A DNA stretch of 64,000 bases from Candidatus Bathyarchaeia archaeon. Its GTDB lineage: Archaea; Thermoproteota; Bathyarchaeia; Bathyarchaeales; Bathycorpusculaceae. How positions within the stretch are numbered: the stretch's first letter is position 1; each line of letters starts with the position of its first letter. The stretch covers positions 64,001-128,000 of the forward strand of contig JAVZNC010000002.1 in the NCBI GenBank assembly GCA_038882955.1. The letters are read 5' to 3'. Below the pieces are notes generated by a model, which ran no database searches, had not been told where the DNA came from, and was given only the letters and a program-made list of their open reading frames with translations. A program made the position numbers and the translations under genes. Shown piece by piece: positions 58,538-64,000 of this stretch.

Positions 58538-60292
58538 TTGACCTTAAAAGAAGACGTTGCACTTAGGGAAAACATTCGAAAAACTGCGTTACTAAACGCC
58601 ATCAAACACGATGGCAAAGCACAAGCTGGCCCAGTTATTGGAAAAATTCTCGGAGAAAAACCAGAACTGAAAGCAAAAGTTAAGGAATTGTCAGTCCTAG
58701 TTAACGAGGTTGTCCAAGAAGTTAACAACTTATCACTCGCAGAACAGCAGCATGTAGTGGAAGAAAATTGGCCGGAGGCACTCGCAAAAGAAAGGATTGA
58801 AGAAGAAAAGCGTTTACCACCGCTACCAAACGCTGAAAAATATGCGCAAATTGTCACGCGTTTCTCGCCGAATCCAGACTGCGTCTTGCACTTGGGCTCG
58901 GCTAGGGCAATAATACTGTGCCACGATTATGCGCGGATGTACAAGGGCGAGTTCATACTGCGTTTTGAGGATACTGACCCAAAAATTAAGAGGCCAGTTC
59001 CAGCCTTCTACGACCGCATAAGAGAAGACCTAGTATGGCTTGGGTGCAAACCAGACGAGGAATACATTCAAAGCGACAGAATAGAAATCTACTATGAGTA
59101 TGCGGAAAAACTGCTGAAGGAAGGAAACGCGTACATTTGTACATGCCAACCGGAAAATTTCAGAAAACAAATATTGGCAGGTAAACCATGTGGCTGCCGC
59201 AACCTACCAGTGGAAGAGCAGCTTGAAAGATGGCAGAAAATGCTTAACGGCGAATACATGGAAGGCGAAGCCGTTTACCGCGTGAAAACCGACTTAAACC
59301 ATCCAAACCCAGCGGTTCGTGACTGGCCAGCCCTCCGCGTAATAGACGCTGAAAGGTATCCGCACCCAAGAGTCGGAAGCAAATATCATGTTTGGCCGCT
59401 CTACAATTTTGCATGCGGCATAGACGACCATCTTATGGGTGTAACCCACATAATCCGCGGAAAAGAGCATTTGACAAACATGGTTCGCCAAGAATACATG
59501 TATAAGTATTTTGGGTGGACGTACCCAGAAGCGATACATTATGGAAGACTCAAAATTACTGGTGCATCGCTTAGCAAGTCCAGAATAGTCCAAGGGATAA
59601 GGGAAGGCATATACAAGGATTGGGACGACCCGAGACTTGCAACTTTCGCGGCTTTAAGAAGGCGCGGGATAACGCCAGAAGCAATAAGAAAAATGATAAT
59701 TGATGTTGGACCTAAAACTTCCGATGTCATCTTGAGCTGGGAAAACCTATACGCGTATAACCGCAAAATCATAGACCCAGAGGCAAACAGATACTTTTTT
59801 GTGCATAACCCAATCGAATTAACCGTCAAGAATATTCCAAAAGTGTTTGTTGCGAGGCTTCACTTGCACCCAGAAAAGCCAGAAAAGGGCTTCAGAGAGT
59901 ACACAATAAAGCCTTGTGGAAACGAAAACTCGGCGAAACTCTGGATATCAAAGAAGGATTTGGAAAACCTTAGCACCACAAACGTAATTCGCCTCATGGA
60001 ACTCTTTAACATCAAAATTGAAAGCGTAAACGCGTATTCAGCCCAAGCATCTTTCGTAAGTGAACCCTATGAAGAAGCTAGAAAAGCAAAGGCGCAGCTA
60101 ATCCACTGGGTTCCAGTTGGCGATGACATGCCATGCCAAGTTGTTATGCCAGACGCAACAACAGCCGAAGGAATAGCGGAAGGTGTTTGCAAAACCCTAA
60201 AAACAGGCGAGATTGTGCAGTTTGAGAGGTTCGGCTTCACAAGAATAGACAAAGTTAATGCAAAATTGACAGCATATTACGCACATAAATAG
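58538..60292 (+). CDS. gltX: Glutamyl-tRNA synthetase
   Basis: RFSPNP..HLGS, RFEDTD, RGKEH, LSKS, QFERFGF. Confidence 0.96.
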   Translation: MTLKEDVALRENIRKTALLNAIKHDGKAQAGPVIGKILGEKPELKAKVKELSVLVNEVVQEVNNLSLAEQQHVVEENWPEALAKERIEEEKRLPPLPNAEKYAQIVTRFSPNPDCVLHLGSARAIILCHDYARMYKGEFILRFEDTDPKIKRPVPAFYDRIREDLVWLGCKPDEEYIQSDRIEIYYEYAEKLLKEGNAYICTCQPENFRKQILAGKPCGCRNLPVEEQLERWQKMLNGEYMEGEAVYRVKTDLNHPNPAVRDWPALRVIDAERYPHPRVGSKYHVWPLYNFACGIDDHLMGVTHIIRGKEHLTNMVRQEYMYKYFGWTYPEAIHYGRLKITGASLSKSRIVQGIREGIYKDWDDPRLATFAALRRRGITPEAIRKMIIDVGPKTSDVILSWENLYAYNRKIIDPEANRYFFVHNPIELTVKNIPKVFVARLHLHPEKPEKGFREYTIKPCGNENSAKLWISKKDLENLSTTNVIRLMELFNIKIESVNAYSAQASFVSEPYEEARKAKAQLIHWVPVGDDMPCQVVMPDATTAEGIAEGVCKTLKTGEIVQFERFGFTRIDKVNAKLTAYYAHK

Positions 60293-60308
60293 CGTTGGGT
60301 GAAAAGAT

Positions 60309-60611
60309 ATGCGCAAACAGGAAAAATTCATAATATGGCCACTGTACTTTGACGCTTCAAAAGCGAGAAATGAGGGTAGAAGAGTCCCGAAAAGCTTGGC
60401 GGTAGCTTCTCCAAAAATTTCTGAACTAAAAGACGCGGCAGAAAAAGCTGGATTAAAATGTGAGATCGTCGTGGATGCAAGCCACCCGAAAATGCCATGG
60501 CTAAAAACGGGAATGCTCCTTATCGAAAAGAATGAAGCGCCCAAGGGAGAAGCCATAAAGAAAATTGCAAAACAACTACTCAAAATCAGAGACGCTACGA
60601 CCTCACATTAA
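60309..60611 (+). CDS. srp19: Signal recognition particle protein SRP19
   Basis: IIWPLYFD....R.EGRRVPK, HPKMPW. Confidence 0.93.
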   Translation: MRKQEKFIIWPLYFDASKARNEGRRVPKSLAVASPKISELKDAAEKAGLKCEIVVDASHPKMPWLKTGMLLIEKNEAPKGEAIKKIAKQLLKIRDATTSH

Positions 60612-60619
60612 AAGCTTCT

Positions 60620-60789
60620 AATACAACCATTTTCTGCATAAACTTAGAGAAGGCGCTGTTCCAAAACACAGATAATGAATTCCATGTAAAAGTTGTTCAG
60701 AGTCTAGACGAAGCTTGTAAACTTCTTGAAGCTGCTTTGGATACATAACAGACATGAACAGAGCCAAACTTTTAAGAAAACGTAAGCAG
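60620..60789 (+). pseudogene. Relic C-terminus of a tyrosine recombinase/integrase
   Basis: NTTIFCINLEKALFQNTDNEFHVKVVQSLDEACKLLEA, then a frameshift into FGYITDMNRAKLLRKRK; resembles the tail of Bathy/Thaumarchaeal Xer-like integrases. No start codon. Confidence 0.7.
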
Positions 60790-60805
60790 TCTTTTATGCT
60801 CACGG

Positions 60806-61093
60806 TTAGTCTTTTATGGCTTCTAGAAGACTCATGACGTTCCAAAGTTTCACTCTTGTGTAGGGAGGCATGTTTGGGTCTTGCAAAATTTCATCTATAA
60901 TTGATATGACATTTGAAGCTCTAACGGCAGGCGAGTATTCGGTTGTCTGCAAGGCGTTCATAGAGTCTTTCGCGGCTCTTCTAATGTTTCTTGGGGTTGT
61001 GTTGTCTTCTGAAACTTCTCCGAGAACAGCCAACGCTTGTTTAATTCTTTCTTCGTATTCTTCCAACTTTTTCTTCCGAACCAAAGCTGCCAC
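60806..61093 (-). CDS. UPF0147-family protein
   Basis: D.TTPRNIRRAA, DPNMPPYTR..LW...S.LE. Confidence 0.9.
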   Translation of the reverse strand: MAALVRKKKLEEYEERIKQALAVLGEVSEDNTTPRNIRRAAKDSMNALQTTEYSPAVRASNVISIIDEILQDPNMPPYTRVKLWNVMSLLEAIKD

Positions 61094-61274
61094 CTTCTAA
61101 ACCCTAGAGTAATCAAGCTATTAATAAATTATACATTTCGGCTTATTAGATTACCTTCTCTTGATTGTGTATGCGGCGAGCCATATTGTTAGGGCGATTA
61201 GTAGGATTAGGATTATTGGATTGCCAGTTCTTGCATGTTATCAACTAAGCAAAACATGGAAGCTAAAAACAAAA

Positions 61275-62501
61275 TCATTCTTTTCGTTGTTTACTTAGGA
61301 ATCGTCCTTTATCCTCATCAACGTGTTTTCTTTTGCAAAATATGACAACCACTAGTGTTGATACTATGAACAGTGGCAGAACAAATAATGCTGGGAACTC
61401 TGGAATGATGTCATAGACTGTATGAAGAAACAGTTCTCCTAACTCCATGGACGGTTCTATTGCCGTGCCTTCTAACCATTCGTTCCATGAAGTTATCATT
61501 ATGATTTTCAAGTTGTTGTCGACAAAGTTCTTTGCTATTGTTAACATTTCTCTGAACGCTGTTTCATTAGTTGGCAGCGCTGTTGGATTGGTTACACCTT
61601 CGCAGCTTGTGTTGTTAAATCCAGGATAGACATTCGGAATAAACTTGACCCCAATTGTGTTAGCGAATTCGCACCACTCTTGGTAATATCTAGTATCATT
61701 GAGCACCGAGCACCACCCTTTTGCCGGGTCTGAAAATAGATAATGCGTTATGCCGTTCATTGAATAAGTCCAATCCACATTAATTTTTTGAGGATTAGAC
61801 TCGCTGCCCATATCGCCAATAAAATAAACTTCCTCACCATAATTTTGAAGCAGTTGCAGCCTCACCTCATCTAATAATTCTTTCACTTTAATATCGGTCA
61901 GATTCTGGTAAAGGTTCGGTAGATTGTGAATGAAAAATACTGGTTTTCCATCAACGTGCAAATAACTCGGATGATTGAAGTAATGCTCGGCCGCATATTT
62001 AGTGTCGTTGATAAAAACATTTTTGAAAAAGTCAGCTGGGTTTGGGTATCCATGGTCGGAATAGTTGCGCTTTACATACATGTCATAGACGGAGTCCAGA
62101 ATTATTTTTGATTCATAGTAAAGGCAAAAATTAAATTCGCTTAGCCTCTCAGCTTTTAAGAAGCCGTTCTTTAGATTTTGTTCATCAATGTAGCAATGGT
62201 CGGACCAATTAAATGTTCCAAGCCATGAAACCGCAAAGAAGCTAATCTTATGTTGCTTCGCCAATGTGATGTGTTTATCAGCAACTTCAGGGTTGCTTGA
62301 ATTATATTCCCCCAGAAAAGGCGTGCCCTTAGTGCACTCATTCCAGTGATTATTAAATGGCAAACTCCACCAAATATAGTAGTATGCACCAACCCTAACG
62401 TCTTGCTCAAAAGCCGTACTGACAGGAAAATTAACAAGCATCACTACAATAAGAAAAACTAGAGATGCCACCATTAACGCAGACTTCGAAGAGTAAAACA
62501 T
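61275..62501 (-). CDS. Secreted GH99/GH71-like glycoside hydrolase with PEF-CTERM anchor
   Basis: Signal peptide, GAYYYIWW, PFLGEYNS, DGKPV, SWNEWLEGTAIEP, then IPEFP + TM helix + KRK. Confidence 0.82.
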   Translation of the reverse strand: MFYSSKSALMVASLVFLIVVMLVNFPVSTAFEQDVRVGAYYYIWWSLPFNNHWNECTKGTPFLGEYNSSNPEVADKHITLAKQHKISFFAVSWLGTFNWSDHCYIDEQNLKNGFLKAERLSEFNFCLYYESKIILDSVYDMYVKRNYSDHGYPNPADFFKNVFINDTKYAAEHYFNHPSYLHVDGKPVFFIHNLPNLYQNLTDIKVKELLDEVRLQLLQNYGEEVYFIGDMGSESNPQKINVDWTYSMNGITHYLFSDPAKGWCSVLNDTRYYQEWCEFANTIGVKFIPNVYPGFNNTSCEGVTNPTALPTNETAFREMLTIAKNFVDNNLKIIMITSWNEWLEGTAIEPSMELGELFLHTVYDIIPEFPALFVLPLFIVSTLVVVIFCKRKHVDEDKGRFLSKQRKE

Positions 62502-62615
62502 GCTTCATCACCCTTTCACACCAGCAAGAAAAACAAAGTATATTCTAATATAACAATTTTTGGTAATCAAGTTATTAATAGCTTTTACACTATTCTATGA
62601 AGGGGGCAATAAAAA

Positions 62616-62981
62616 TTGTCACACGAAAACACAGAGGAAGCACACATAAAGCGTATGGCAGACCTCCTTCGCCAAGGCTCAACATTAACCGATTTAGCGT
62701 GTCCAGTATGCGCATCTCCACTTTTCAAACTGAGAAGCGGCGACTTATGGTGTGCAAAATGCGAGAAGAAGGTCATAGTGGTAAAGGAGGGGGAGGAACC
62801 AGCAAAAGTTGCAAGTTCAATGGTTTTGGAGACGCTTGAAGCAACACTCTTGACGAAGGTGCAAGAAATTCAGAACAAAATGCAACATGAAGAAAACGTT
62901 GATGAACTGCAAAAGTTAAGCAAAACCCTCGCAGAGTTATTGGAGAACCTTGAAAAAGTAAGAAAAACCAAAAGAATATAG
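62616..62981 (+). CDS. UPF0148/Sjogren autoantigen p27-like Zn-ribbon protein
   Basis: MADLLRQG.TL....CPVC.SPLF......WCAKC. Confidence 0.88.
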   Translation: MSHENTEEAHIKRMADLLRQGSTLTDLACPVCASPLFKLRSGDLWCAKCEKKVIVVKEGEEPAKVASSMVLETLEATLLTKVQEIQNKMQHEENVDELQKLSKTLAELLENLEKVRKTKRI

Positions 62982-62997
62982 CAGAGGCGAACCATCC

Positions 62998-63504
62998 ACG
63001 ACTCTTGGATTTTTTGAAAACTTTCCAGAAAACATCCATGAAACAGCGACTTTTACCACAACATTGTCAAGCAAAAGGCTTCAACAAGCATTAATTCGGA
63101 CACTGAACAAACTGAATGGGAAAAGTTTGAGGCTAGAAGACGTTGCAGACCCGTCAATTCTACAATGCACCGTAATTTTTGAGTTCGGAATCGCCGAAAC
63201 AAACAATTTCACATATTTAGATGACGCTGAAACGAACAAAGCATTTGAAGCCATCAACAAAAGCCCGTTCAAGGTAATTGATGTATATTGCGCAGTGCGC
63301 TATTACAAATTGCAGAACAAAAGGAAGACTCCGCTAAAATTTGATTACTACATGATTCGCTTCCTATTTGACAAAAAAATACTTGAAATGCTGGTTTTTC
63401 ACGAAAGAGGACCAAGATACATGGCGCCAAGCGACATCATAAATTTTATAGCAAATGAGATTAACGGAGAGTTTTCTAAAAAAGTGTTAAAGCCGCTCAC
63501 ATAG
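62998..63504 (+). CDS. Hypothetical protein (probable ACG start)
   Basis: Frame open from 62962; GAGGCGA 7 nt before ACG 62998; first canonical start is TTG 63064. Confidence 0.65.
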   Translation, partial: TTLGFFENFPENIHETATFTTTLSSKRLQQALIRTLNKLNGKSLRLEDVADPSILQCTVIFEFGIAETNNFTYLDDAETNKAFEAINKSPFKVIDVYCAVRYYKLQNKRKTPLKFDYYMIRFLFDKKILEMLVFHERGPRYMAPSDIINFIANEINGEFSKKVLKPLT

Positions 63505-64000
63505 GCCTAAACTTCTCTTCCAAGAATTTTAGAACGACGTCTAAAACATTTTCGGCAACATCAGCTTTAGGCTTATTTCCGTCTATTCGAACAATTTTGC
63601 CCGCCTCCACAAATTTCATGTAAACCTCGCGCACTTTCCTCTGCGTTTCCAGATTTTCCATAACAGACTTTTTGGGTTTAACCCTTCTAATAGCCACTTC
63701 AGGTTCAACGTCAATGAAAAGTGCCAGGTCTGGCATAATCGCATGCTCATTCACCTTCTCAATCCACTTCAAATCCAAGCCAGCAGCACCCTGATAAGCC
63801 AGTGAGGAGAACACATAACGGTCAGAAACAACCACCCTTTCATCTTTTAGGGCTGGAATAACCTCGCGCTCAAGATGCTCAACACGGTCAGCGGCAAAAA
63901 GCAAAGCCTCAACAACACCAGAGGCTCTTTGCCTCCCATGCAAACAATATTTTCTAATAAATCTGCCGATTCTGCCTCGACTAGGCTCCGCAGTGTAAAT
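63497..64000 (-). CDS. tmk: Thymidylate kinase (5' end outside window)
   Basis: LLFAADR, SDRYVFSSLAYQG, PDL. Confidence 0.93.
   Translation of the reverse strand: MYTAEPSRGRIGRFIRKYCLHGRQRASGVVEALLFAADRVEHLEREVIPALKDERVVVSDRYVFSSLAYQGAAGLDLKWIEKVNEHAIMPDLALFIDVEPEVAIRRVKPKKSVMENLETQRKVREVYMKFVEAGKIVRIDGNKPKADVAENVLDVVLKFLEEKFRPM

Noticed and set aside
60618-60845. 75-aa minus-strand ORF
   Set aside because: Antisense to the integrase relic and overlaps UPF0147; no recognisable features.
1-64000. CRISPR arrays, tRNA/rRNA genes, intact transposases or proviruses
   Set aside because: None recognised by eye; a tRNAscan/Infernal run would be needed to exclude split or intron-containing RNAs.

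Overview
Gene-dense archaeal chromosome segment, very likely Bathyarchaeia (TACK). The basis is PolB1, Smc-ScpAB, an STT3-type AglB, a TackOD1 protein, PEF-CTERM sorting and frequent TTG/GTG starts. Most of it is core machinery: radB, carS, topA, gcvT, aglB/aglH, polB1, rsmB, speB, two moeA, nfo, ECF transporter, the exosome-proteasome superoperon, smc-scpAB, the rps13-rpoD-eno-rps2-mevalonate-gltX superoperon, srp19 and tmk. Accessory parts are a type IV pilus locus, an fprA redox module and a small decayed insertion site near 60.6-62.5 kb. No tRNA, rRNA or CRISPR array was recognised. Features absent from the ORF track: (1) a 25-aa eL41 gene that can only start at ATA, plus two more genes that seem to need ACG/ATT starts; (2) a switchable, SD-sequestering RNA leader with a uORF upstream of queT (riboswitch/attenuator candidate); (3) a perfect 22-bp palindrome between fprA and a Cys-rich HTH regulator; (4) a 52-aa, 7-Cys mini-protein; (5) a tyrosine-integrase relic. 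Also notable are a 608-aa pilin with apparently nested inserted domains and an OSTC/OST3-like membrane protein near aglB. All family assignments come from motif recognition by eye, not database searches.
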